Below, in pieces: positions 51,354-62,100 of a stretch of 64,000 nt of DNA; position 1 is the first letter of the stretch; each line of letters opens with the position of its first letter. Made by a program: the position numbers and the translations under genes. The DNA comes from Paecilomyces variotii (taxonomy: Eukaryota): the NCBI GenBank assembly GCA_004022145.1, contig RCNU01000004.1. The stretch is one strand, 5' to 3'. A model generated the notes under the pieces. It was given only the letters and a program-made list of their open reading frames with translations, was not told the DNA's origin and made no database searches.

Positions 51354-54300
51354 CGAGTGATTGTTTCAGGCACCAAATGCGACTTGCTAAAACTTTCCTA
51401 TCTGTGCTATAAGGCTGCTTTCCTGTTCAATCAAGAATACGATTTGTTTCGCTGTCAGATCTTTGCTGACTCTTCCCTTCTTTTTCCGTAGGCACTCCGA
51501 ACACCTACCCCCCACGCCCAGCTTCGGAGGGAATAAATTCGCCCCTGTCCTGGAGTCTCGAGCTCCCGACACAGCAGAGCCCTCTTTTCGTTGTCCCACC
51601 AGGCTTCCACCCGAATGCTTTCTTCGTCGGTATGGAGAAAGAATTGAAGGAGCTACATTCGAGGCTGTTCAAGGCAAAAAAGCGCGCCGAACGCGTTACG
51701 GCCGTACTTATCTGTGGAGGCCCAGGATCTGGCAAGTCACAGCTTGCACGGGAGTATATTTACACACATCGCCAGGAATATCCAGGGGGGGTCTTTTGGA
51801 TTGATGCCAAATCGTTACAGTCAACATCAAACTGCTTCTGGGATATTGCTCAAGCGGCCGCTCTTGTCGATGACCACGAGTTTGGAAATCCAGACCTAAG
51901 AAACGCCGACAGATATGTGGAGATCGTGCGAAACTGGTTCCAATCAAGGGAAGAATGGCTACTGGTATTTGACGGCCTTACTTTCGACAAAGACGAGGAT
52001 ATCAACGATTTCAAGCAGTTTCTGCCCTTCAACAAGAACAGCAGCATCATCTACACGTCTATCAACCGGACACTGCGGAAGAAACAGCGATTATTTGAGC
52101 CATACTGTCTGATGGTACAACCGCTTAAAGTCGAAGAGGCTTGCAAGCTCCTCTTCAAAGACCTAGGGATAAAACTGCCGACGATAAAGCAAAGGCAAAA
52201 GGCGAAGGAGCTAGCTGAGTATTATCAGTGTTTGCCGCTGGCGATTCATGCAATTGGCCATCGTCTCAATGCTTCTTCGAAGCCTATTGAGACTTACCAG
52301 ATCAACTCTCACCTGACCGATGAAAAGCTGGCAGAGCCATACCTGATCATTATGAATGATCTCTGGGTGAATAAACACTACGAAGCGTTGAACTTGATAA
52401 ACTTGCTATCCTTCTTGGGACATCACGTACCTGTTGGCCTTCTTACCCTGGGGAAGTCGGAACTGGACGCCTTCAACGTCCAGATCATGACTAGCATCCA
52501 TGCTGGAGAACCAGGAGATCTTGACAATACGTTTGCCGTCCTAATTCGCTACGGGCTGATCGAGAGAGGTCCTGATCACTACAACCTGAAACGGAAGAGT
52601 CCGACCTTCGGGGGCGCTGGCGAGGATTTGCCAGACGTGAAAGCAGTCGCGCCTGATCTGTCTGAATCACAGACTGACGGTAGCCTGGAGACGATGGTCT
52701 CGTCTGTATACCGCAGTGCTATTGATGTGATCAAGATCCACAGTGTCGTACAAAGGTTTTGTCGCGATGAGCTGATACTGATGGACGATGAGCAGCGCCA
52801 GTTACCTAACTCCCAACGGAGGAGTCCCGACAGAGGTATGCAGGATGCAGGATTCCATGATTCCTGGTTGGTTGTTGCAACGAGGGTCTTCTGCAAATCT
52901 TACGAAAATGCGAGCATGAAGATGCGAGACTCGAAGGACTCCGGGCTGGTCAAGGACTATCGGGAGTATGAGACACACGCAGGAACCCTTGCTGAACACT
53001 TCTCGAAGAAAAAGCTCTCGGTCTCGCCGCCTATTGTTCGTGAAGCCCGTGAGCTCCTGAAACAGGTCGCCAAGAGCATCAAGAAAGACATCCAAAGAAT
53101 ATCACCCAGTTCATCCCAGGAGTCGTTTCGACACCAGAAGTCAATCTTCGACCGTTCAAGTAGCTCCTCATCCTTTCCTGAGTCATCGTCCGCAGACGAG
53201 GGCCCGGGACGCTGGGATGGAAGTGAGACCGGTTCCATAAGAGTCGAGTCCCCGCAGGAAATGAGGCCTAGTCATCGCGTCCGTCTGGATCCTTTCCCTC
53301 CGCATATCTACAGAGGATCCTCTCAAGAACCGGACGCGGGATATGAGACCGACGGAGAAGGCAGACGCAGAGCTCATGGAACATCCCCCACGCTCTCCCA
53401 GATAACGGAGAAGCCGACGCCGCCTGCCTCGAGCCCTCCTCAATCGTCAGAGGAACAAGGTTGGGAGGTAGTCCATAGACCTAGGTCGAAGATTCCCATT
53501 CCAGCCAGGAGTTCCCGGCCCAAAGGCAGAAGAACCTCTCGAGACCTTGGCCAGTTCAGGCCAAAGCCGGCCCTTACCAAGCTCTCTTCGGTTCAATGTA
53601 AGGGCGCTGTTCGAGACCCAATATCGGCACCGATCTCGAGAGCTGAGGCATCGCTGGCCGCAATGCATCTGCCTTCACGCAGAGGTTCTCAGCCTATTAC
53701 TCGTGGACAGCTCCACAAATCAAACAGTGTAACTTACGCAACGATTGCGGCCGGGCCATCGCGAGGAAGAGGACGAGCAAAGACTCTATCATCCAGGGGT
53801 AGTTCTCCGTCTCCTGCCTCAGCAGCCCTAGCTCGTTCTGCTATGCCCCTACGGAACCATTCGTCAGGAGACTCGCTGAGAAGTCGCTCTAGCAACGTAC
53901 AATCCTCACCTTTCTCAGCAGAGGCAAAATTAAGCCACTCTGCCCATAGCGAATCTGGTCTTGCACTTCCTGGATCTAGTCCGAGGACTCTGGAGCCAGT
54001 CTCAGCACCTGGCTCTCGCCGTCATTCCCGTCAAGGGTCTTCCTCTAGATCCGTGGACATCACCAGAGAACTGTCTTCTGGCCTTTCCCCTGGAGGTCTT
54101 CCGCCGCTACCTTACGATGAGGAAATTTCGATAACTCGTCGGCAGCATGCTGGTTCAACTTCCATGTCACCTGTTACGTCTCCCCCGATGCGTTCCCGCA
54201 GTCCAGTCCCACATCCTTCAGCAATTCTACCAGGGGCGTCACCCACTCATATACCGGGAGGTTACACATCTGAGCCGCCGATCTCTGACGGCGAGCCCAT

Positions 54301-54847
54301 GTCTCGAGGCCCTTCGGCGCAGTCGACTCAATCCTGGCACACAGATCCTACTAACATCCGATACCAACCTGCAGGCACCGCTATTCCAACCATCGGACCT
54401 GCTATACCAGCGACACCGCTCAATGGACCTTCTCAGTTCATCCCACAACCGCAGTTGTTATCGGGCACTGGAGGTTGGGCTGGAAATGGCAACGAGAATG
54501 TCTTGCAACCGGAGGCCGCTTATATTCCTCAGGATGTTCGTGCAGCTCATCTCAGCGGGCAATGGACAAGATTCGAATACGGTGGAGAGCCTGAATCCTT
54601 GTATCCTAGTGATCTTGCGTACAGCCTCCACGATCCACGGCGCAGACTTCAGAATTATGGACCCGTGCAGGAAGGAGGACTGCCTCGCCATATTCCAACA
54701 CATAATGCCGGTGTCTCGGTCGTCCCTCCTGCTGTGTCGTCAACCTCTTCGCCACAGATTCCCTTTGCACGGGGAAGCGCAGTTCGACGAGCAAGGAGCG
54801 GCAGTTCTCCCTCGCGCGGCATCAGCGGCCTCGGATTGCGCATGTGA
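50041..54847 (+). CDS. NLR-like STAND protein: N-terminal SesB/PGAP1-like alpha/beta-hydrolase + NB-ARC + long disordered tail (long isoform)
   Basis: Exons 50041-50126, 50224-50455, 50512-51142, 51492-54847. Hydrolase motifs DIVFVHGLNG, CHSLGG, FLGTPH and ADHSHMCKF. NB-ARC: Walker A GGPGSGKS, GVFWIDA, Walker B WLLVFDG, CLPLAI and IHSVVQ. Confidence 0.88.
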
Positions 54848-55560
54848 TTTGGGTCCAGTCATCATTTTTCGTTTCTGCTTATGTTTATTCCCCTTCACAT
54901 CTCTGTGTTTGTGAGCTTCTTATTCTTTCCGATGTACACCTCATGAGCTCCAGTCAGTGCATGACTGGACACTGGACTGTTGAGCTTTCATTTCGTTCTG
55001 CCGATGCTCATATTGTCGTTGTTCTTTCCAGTTTGATTCCCAATATCCTCGTTTCGCTTGACGGCGTCGGTCCGTCTTATTATGGAGAAAAACGAGCATG
55101 ATAGCGGCGTTTGTGTGGTCTTATTTCTTTCCCGAGATGTTCTGGCATAGATCCCTCCAGGAGATGTTGCATAGGTACTTAATACCCTGTTGCCGTTTTT
55201 GCTCTTCTTTTTTTTCAATTCTCTTGTTTGTTACCTATAATGTGCATACGCAGTGTGAATGGGGCCATGGTGATATACGAAAAGAAAAAGGATCCCGAAT
55301 GCGGACTGTTGTGGAGTTTGCATGTGGTTTTTTTCTGTGTCTATTTTACTAGTCTTTGCATCATGGTGCGGTGTGAGGAGAAAGACATGCCATGGTTTGC
55401 TTCTATATACGGAAATAATGCTAGACTTTGCTCATTAAGGATCATGTGCCAATATCAAGTATTTTCTAATAATAATCTTAATAACAAGAAAAGAAAAGAA
55501 AAAACCCCCATTACCAGGAAAAAAGAAAGCCAAAACCAACAAGACACCATGCACAAGTTT

Positions 55561-55580
55561 GCATAGCATAGCATAGCATA
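55561..55580. repeat. (GCATA)4 tandem repeat
   Basis: gcatagcatagcatagcata. Confidence 0.85.
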
Positions 55581-55978
55581 ACTCGAACGATCACCGAACA
55601 CCAACGATATTTCTAAGTTAAGTAACTTATTCTCAAAACCAGGGCTCCTTACCATCCGATCATGTGGGGAAAAAAAATAAGTGGCTTTTTTTTTTCCTTG
55701 GTGATTTTATTCTTTTTTTTTTTTTTGGTGGTTGGTGGTTTGACCAACTTGGCAAAACTACCTAACTTGACAGTGTATCGACGTAAGAAACGGAAACGGT
55801 CGCGGTCAATGACGTCGATGATGATGATGATGGCATTGAAACAACAAACCCCGAGTGGCTGTGGCGAGGGATATAAAGTAGAGTAGGTAGGGCTCCTGGA
55901 TGTTATATTATTTTATTATTTTTATCATCATATTCATCCGAACTTAAAACGATCGGGGGGTTTTTTTGTGATCGATTG

Positions 55979-56002
55979 ATCTATCTATCTATCTATCTAT
56001 CT
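55979..56002. repeat. (ATCT)6 microsatellite in the 5' region of the LEA-like gene
   Basis: Six perfect ATCT units. Confidence 0.9.
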
Positions 56003-56057
56003 TATCCTGTCTGATCTACTACCGGACAAAACAAATCGTCAACAGTGATAATCAACC

Positions 56058-56481
56058 ATGTCGTTCATCACTCGTGTCACTCCTCTCTCCGCGCGGGTTT
56101 CTGCCAACACCACGGCCCCCGTCCTGTCCGTGGCTCGGTCCCGTTTCCTCTCCTCCACGGCTAGCTACCAGAAGGGACCAGTCGAGACCACCAAGGAGAC
56201 TCTGAAGAAGGTCGACCGAACCATCTCAGATGCAGCGGTTAAGGGGATTGAGAAAGGCGGTAGGTGCAATTTTCATGCTTCTTGTCGATGGACACAAAGA
56301 CAGGTAGGCTGACAGCCTTCTAGAACAGGTGACCGAAAAGGCCAAGGACACCGTCGGCGTCAAGGGCTCCAAAGCCAAGGGCGAGGCCGCTGAACTCACC
56401 GGAGAGGCCAAGGGCAAGGCGGAGGAGCTCGCCGGTGAAGCCAAGGGCAAGGCCAAGGAGGCTTCCAGCAAGCTGTCGTAA
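56058..56481 (+). CDS. LEA-like small protein with a mitochondrial presequence
   Basis: Intron 56260-56323. Arg/Ser/Thr-rich N-terminus, then 11-mer repeats AKGEAAELTGE / AKGKAEELAGE / AKGKAKEASSK. Confidence 0.88.
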
Positions 56482-56713
56482 ATATTGTCCGTGACGGAAC
56501 GGGAACATAATCTTGTGCATGATTTCTCATCATAGCGAACGCGGTGCTGCTTTGCATGTATAAATAATGAAATGATTCGTTTCTATGTATTATTCCATGC
56601 TGGACACGATAATCTTGTAGCCTGTCTCACTTATTCTGTCGTTCTCGCGTAGCATGTAGATCAGATCCAGAATTCAGGGCGGCGGGTATATTCTTTGCGG
56701 CTGAAATCTGATT

Positions 56714-57724
56714 TCATTCCGGGGGAGGCAGCATGAGTACATATTCTCGTGAGCTCAGTCCAAACTTGAGGACGTCCTTGTCCCTCAACTCCACATATCT
56801 CCCTGGCGGGATAAGTTCCTCATTGACCATGGACCCGTTGGCACTTTCCAAGTCGATAAGGTAGGGTCGAACCCGTCCGATACGGTCTCCAAATTCGTTC
56901 CTCTTCTCGACGTAGCGAAATTGGATGGCTGCATGTTGCTTCGAGCAGCTGGGATGGTCCACGGGAAAGTCAACCACGAGTCTCTCTCGTCCGATCAGCC
57001 AGCAACTGCGTCCGCCCAATTCCACCGTCTCCAACAGATCAGATCCCTTGAACACGTAAAGCCGCCATGCATCTTTGGCGGGAGGCTTGCGGGCCTCTGG
57101 CGGCTCATGGTACTTGAGCACAACAGAGGTGCCATTGACCGTCACTGTATTGCTCTCCGCTGCCAATCGACCCGTATTTGCGAAATTTGGCCTCTGCTTC
57201 TCCGGTGCTGGCGAGTCTGTCTTGGCTACCTCGTTAGAGAATGCGTCTTTTTGCGACGGCAGAGGACCCTTGGACCGCTTCAGGGCGCGCGGGGAGGTGC
57301 TCCCCGGACGCGTTGCAGGAGAACGAGACCGGCGACGTCGTGGTGCTGGTGAACGGGATCGCGACCTGCTTCGAGGTCTCTTGGACGGTCTGTCTTCCTC
57401 ATCGTCATGGCGATGGCGATGGCGTCTGCGGTGACGGTCCTCTCGGGACACACTGCGGCGCCTTCGTCGAGCGTCAGCAGAATCTCTCGAGCGGTCGCGT
57501 CGTTCACGGCGCCGATCATCCCTCTGGTAACTGCTCTTGCTGTCAGGGCTGTAAGAATCGCGTCTCCTGCGGTCTTCCCTCGAGCTCCGTCCGTCGTCGC
57601 GGCGTCGCGTGCCGCTGTATTCTTCCTCGCGGTCCCTTCGCCTCCGCTCCTTTGGGGCGTCAGGAGAGGCTGACGAAGTGCGTCTCCGGCGACGATCCCG
57701 GGAATCGTCCTCAGCTCGCTCCAT
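56714..57724 (-). CDS. pml1: FHA-domain RES-complex splicing factor SNIP1/Pml1
   Basis: RS/RD-rich N-terminus, LKYHEPPEARKP, and FHA core WLIGRE..DHPSCSKQHAAIQFR..DLESANGS. Likely start MERAEDD at 57724. Confidence 0.93.
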   Translation of the reverse strand: MERAEDDSRDRRRRRTSSASPDAPKERRRRDREEEYSGTRRRDDGRSSREDRRRRDSYSPDSKSSYQRDDRRRERRDRSRDSADARRRRRSVSREDRHRRRHRHRHDDEEDRPSKRPRSRSRSRSPAPRRRRSRSPATRPGSTSPRALKRSKGPLPSQKDAFSNEVAKTDSPAPEKQRPNFANTGRLAAESNTVTVNGTSVVLKYHEPPEARKPPAKDAWRLYVFKGSDLLETVELGGRSCWLIGRERLVVDFPVDHPSCSKQHAAIQFRYVEKRNEFGDRIGRVRPYLIDLESANGSMVNEELIPPGRYVELRDKDVLKFGLSSREYVLMLPPPE

Positions 57725-57953
57725 GGCGGACAGAGACTGTAGGTGGGGAGAATTTAGTCTGATCTGAAGGTAACGAGCAGCTCTTGTCGCGCTCGACGGT
57801 CCAAGTCCCGCAGACACGTGACGTGATACCGAGCAGGATTGAGGGGGTTTGCCTCCGGCGTTATTCAGCATTTATGGACGAGATTCTCCCTTCTATCTGT
57901 CGGACGACCTGGAGGTGAGAATGCGACCCTGGATCGCCTAGGGCCATGCGGCA

Positions 57954-58871
57954 ATGTTCAGGAAGACAAATGTTATCTGCTGCGGCGGTCTGCAGGTCTT
58001 GACTGCTTACCCTCCAGCTCCGCGAGCATCTCCGTCGCGGCCAACTGTGCGGGCAGGACCATGTCGTGCTCGAGGCCGATTGTATGCCACCGTTCAGGAT
58101 TCTTCGGATGCTGATCTGTCATGGCCGAGCACTCCGAGCTTCACTCCCTATGATATTTTCAAGCAAGACAGGAGTGCGCCGTACTCGAAACGACGGTACT
58201 ACGATTTGGTCAAGATCTACCACCCCGACCGGCGAGGCGACGACCATCCCTTATGCAAGGATATTACTCGTGAAGTCCGTCTTCAACGGTATCGACTCAT
58301 TGTGTCTGCCCATGAGATCCTCTCCGATCCCTCGAAACGAGCCGCCTACGATCAGTTCGGAATCGGATGGCACGACCACCCTGATAACAAAATGCCGCCG
58401 CCGCGGTACCAGCCGGCAATGAACATGGATGACCCGATTTTTGCCAATGCGACGTGGGAAGACTGGCAACGATGGTATAATCGCGATAGCCCAAAGCAAC
58501 GGACAATCGTGGACCACCGGACCTTTGCGACGTTCGTTATCCTCCTGGCCATGTTCGGGGCTGCCGTGCAGGCATCCTGGCTGGGCCAATTCACTATGGG
58601 ATTTGACGAGAAGGTCCGCGATATGAACGAACAGTCCATGCGTTTCCTGGCTGGACGGCGACAGCAGACTCAGAACCAGATGAAGTCGACGGAGGCTAGG
58701 GTTCAGAATTTCTTGATAAGGCGGGATCCTTCGGGTCATGGCCTCAAGGAGGGCGAACAAGAGGTCTACCAAAAGGTCCTGGATCCACGGAACCGCGCAC
58801 CTTTGAAAGAGGTTGAACAGTTGGGCCCCGGTCAGGATCCGGGGAAGAAAGACGAGACGACTGAACGATGA
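57954..58871 (+). CDS. DnaJ/Hsp40 J-domain protein, Jid1-like (probably mitochondrial membrane)
   Basis: J-domain with HPD (LVKIYHPD), AHEILSDPSKRAAYD, NATWEDW and one TM helix. Confidence 0.88.
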   Translation: MFRKTNVICCGGLQVLTAYPPAPRASPSRPTVRAGPCRARGRLYATVQDSSDADLSWPSTPSFTPYDIFKQDRSAPYSKRRYYDLVKIYHPDRRGDDHPLCKDITREVRLQRYRLIVSAHEILSDPSKRAAYDQFGIGWHDHPDNKMPPPRYQPAMNMDDPIFANATWEDWQRWYNRDSPKQRTIVDHRTFATFVILLAMFGAAVQASWLGQFTMGFDEKVRDMNEQSMRFLAGRRQQTQNQMKSTEARVQNFLIRRDPSGHGLKEGEQEVYQKVLDPRNRAPLKEVEQLGPGQDPGKKDETTER

Positions 58872-59865
58872 TATTGCTTGTTTTAGTTCTCTACTATGGC
58901 GTCACTCGGGATGCGTTTGATTCTTTGGATTATACAAGGCGAACAGGCGTAGTAGACTCTCCTTTCACTATTTTTCCTCTTGCAGGCTTCAAGCTATTCA
59001 CTCTTTAAATATTATTATCTGTGTAGATGGACGTTCTGGCGTTCAGTCAATGCATGTACATACAAATGATCCAATTAACTCCAGCTAGTAAATATATGGT
59101 TACCGCACCTGAAACACAACGCTTGCTTGATTCTCAATCGATAATCTCTCCTTTAGATTGTTACCCTTATTTCTGAGACCATGGATCGATAAATTCAATG
59201 GTTTCCCTTCAATACTCCGTAGAAAGCGTTATATCTTGTCCACGTGCACGAGCTGTGTCGATCCTCCCACATCGCCTAATCCTCAACGAGAATCCGGAAA
59301 CATCCCACGGATCGAGCCATAGAGAGAGCCAAGGATCGACCAAGAACAAGACTCTCATGGTCAGTGTCAGAATAGACCTTTTCCATATCGCCACATGCTC
59401 GCACATGCTCAAGCGATTCCCTGAGAAGACAGATATATGTCTAGCATATGTTTCACATCGTGGACCGATACCACGCATTCCCCGATCTCAGGAATGCTCT
59501 GTAAATCGAGTACTACTCCGTACCATAGATAATACTATCTTTATCGATATGATCGCTGATACCGGACGATGACGTTCCATGGCGCTTGGCCCGTGGATGC
59601 TTGGATGGACCGAGGCCCGTTGCGCGTTCTCCTCCGCCGTACCTTGGAATCGGTAACGGCTTTTTTCTTTTTTCATTTTTTTCTTCTTTTCTTCATTTTT
59701 TCTCTTAGCACATCATGTACGTCTTTGCGCCATCTGTCTAATTCTGTCTTTCTTTTTTTTGGTGCATTCTCGATACCCCCCCAAGTTCAAACCCCCGGCG
59801 CATTCCGCTCGTTAGGTACTTAGTTAGATCGAGTACTCAACGCCATAGAATAAATCGCCGTCGCA

Positions 59866-61404
59866 ATGAGCAGTCACGACTCTGCAGTCGCCAAGCTGAA
59901 GGCGCTATGCTGGAGGATCCCCCTGATCCTCAAGACAATCTTGCTGCATGGCGTGCGCATGTCGCCCGTCCGGGACAAGCAGGATCTACGCACTGAACTT
60001 ACAGTCGCGATTATCCGGTCGTTCATTACCTACAGCATGCCCGTGAGCAAGCAGCAGAAGAGCAGCATGCGAGATCCGGGGATCAAAGGGCCTATGTGGG
60101 TGTCGAAGATTACGTTACCAAAGCCGGAGGATGACGTCCAGAGAGCCGTGCTGGATGCTGTTGAGAATTTGAAGACGACAGGTGAAGAGACGTACGATAT
60201 TCCCGGCGTTACGGCCGTCGAGGCAGAGTGGACGGGATACCGCAAAGGCGTGGAGAAGAAGACGCCGCAGCCTGATATCTCGGAGGAGGAGAAGTATGAG
60301 GAATTGCGAAAGGACTCGCCGGCCGATATGGTTATTCTGTATTTTCACGGAGGCGCATACTAGCAAGTTCACCCTGCTTCTTTAACGCTCCAAGGACGAC
60401 TTGCTGACTCTCATACCAGTTTAATGGACCCATGTACACATCGCGTACCTGTTGCGCATCTTTCGAAGATGACCGGAGCCCCTGTTCTCTCGGTGCGATA
60501 CCGTCTTGCTCCTCAGCATCCGTTTCCGGCAGCCTTGATCGATGCGTTGACCGCATATCTCTCTCTGATTCACCCGCCTGCTGGGTCGCTGCACGACCCC
60601 ATTCCAGCAAACAAAATCGTCCTAGCCGGTGACTCTGCGGGTGGTAATCTATGCCTCGTTCTTCTACAGACACTCCTCACGCTGCGCCGGATCCCTCCCA
60701 CGGCGACAGTCCGCTTCCATGGAAAGGAAGTCCCCATTGACCTGCCCGCCGGCGTGACCTTGGTCTCCCCCTGGTGCGACGTGACCCGTTCAATGCCCTC
60801 AGTCTTCAGAAACGCAAAGTTCGATTACCTCGGTCCTCCTCCTCAGGTCCCAGAGGCGCTCTATCACCCATACCCCTTCCCCGACGATGACGTCTGGCCT
60901 CGAAGCCCACCACGCGTGGACATGTACGCATACGCAAATTGCGTAACGCACCCATTAGTCTCCCCTCTCGCTGCTCCAAAAGAGCTGTGGGAAGACGCCC
61001 CGCCCATCTTCATGGTCATGGGCGAGGAAGGCCTCACGGACGAAGGACTACTGGTCGCGCGCAAAATTCACCACGCCGGCGGAACAGTCGTGGTGGAGCA
61101 ATTCGAAGGCATGCCGCATTGCTTCGGCATGATCATGCTCGGAACGCCCGCGGGACGACGCTCTTTCGAGACCTGGACGAAATTCTGCCGCGACGTTGTC
61201 GCAGGCCGTCCCATCAAGCGTACTGGAGAAATCACTTATCTGCAATATAAGCTGCGGGGAACAAAAACCATTCCGATCGACGAGGCGTGTCCGTCTCTCA
61301 GTGATGAGGAAATCGATAAACTGTTGCACAAGGGCTTGAAATGGCGCATTGATGGTGAACAAGCGCTCGTGAGTCAGTGGAAAGAGAGATCATCAAAGTT
61401 GTGA
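59866..61404 (+). CDS. HSL-family lipase/esterase (alpha/beta hydrolase-3)
   Basis: HGGAY oxyanion motif, YRLAPQHPFPAA, GDSAGGNL nucleophile and MPHCF. A GC-AG intron at 60363-60419 restores HGGAYYLMDP. Confidence 0.93.
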
Positions 61405-62100
61405 ACAGAGCTATTCTTTCTCTGTTCATATTCTTCCTCTGTTTTATACCCTTGAATTCCCTTTGCTGCTGTTCTCGCTCAATATTAGCTTTTATTCTTG
61501 TGTTTTTTTTCCCTTCATTTTTGAACATATGGAAACAGCGCACATACCATACCCCCTTTGCACTTCATGTTGTCTTTATATATGTCCCTCTCTCTGATGG
61601 ATCAGAGAATTATGAATATGGAACGAGCATATTACACGCTCATACATAAGATTTAAAATCTTTGAATTAAAATGTATATGAAGAATCTGATAGATTTTCC
61701 ATTGTGCCCTTGCAAGGCAAGATTAGACTAGAACCAAGTACTTAGATATGCTAGCCCATGCTATGTCAGATTTATTCTTCGATCTACCTAATCTTTAATT
61801 GATCCCCTTCCCCTAGTCTCATCTCCAACAGTCTTGCAGCATGGTATCATCGAGATGAAAGTTCAAAAGAAATCCATTGAATAACTAGCAAAGGTGACGA
61901 CGGAATATTATACCGACGAACTCCCGATTTCCTGATCATTAAAACCAACGCCTTTAAATAATCTCCTTTTTGACTCCGCTTGATATTCCGTTCCGGTTCG
62001 ATGCTCCGCCTTGCTTTCGTCGCAAAAAAGAAAAGGGAAAATGGATAAAGAGAGCCCCGGACCAGAAAGTGCAATTGTCTAACAGTCACCAGTTGTTTAT

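Noticed and set aside
51196-51634. Amyloid signalling motif (HET-s/PP/sigma type) linking the short effector and the NLR
   Set aside because: Neither the short terminal exon nor the pre-NB-ARC linker has the N/Q/G-rich pseudo-repeat pattern, and they share no visible similarity.
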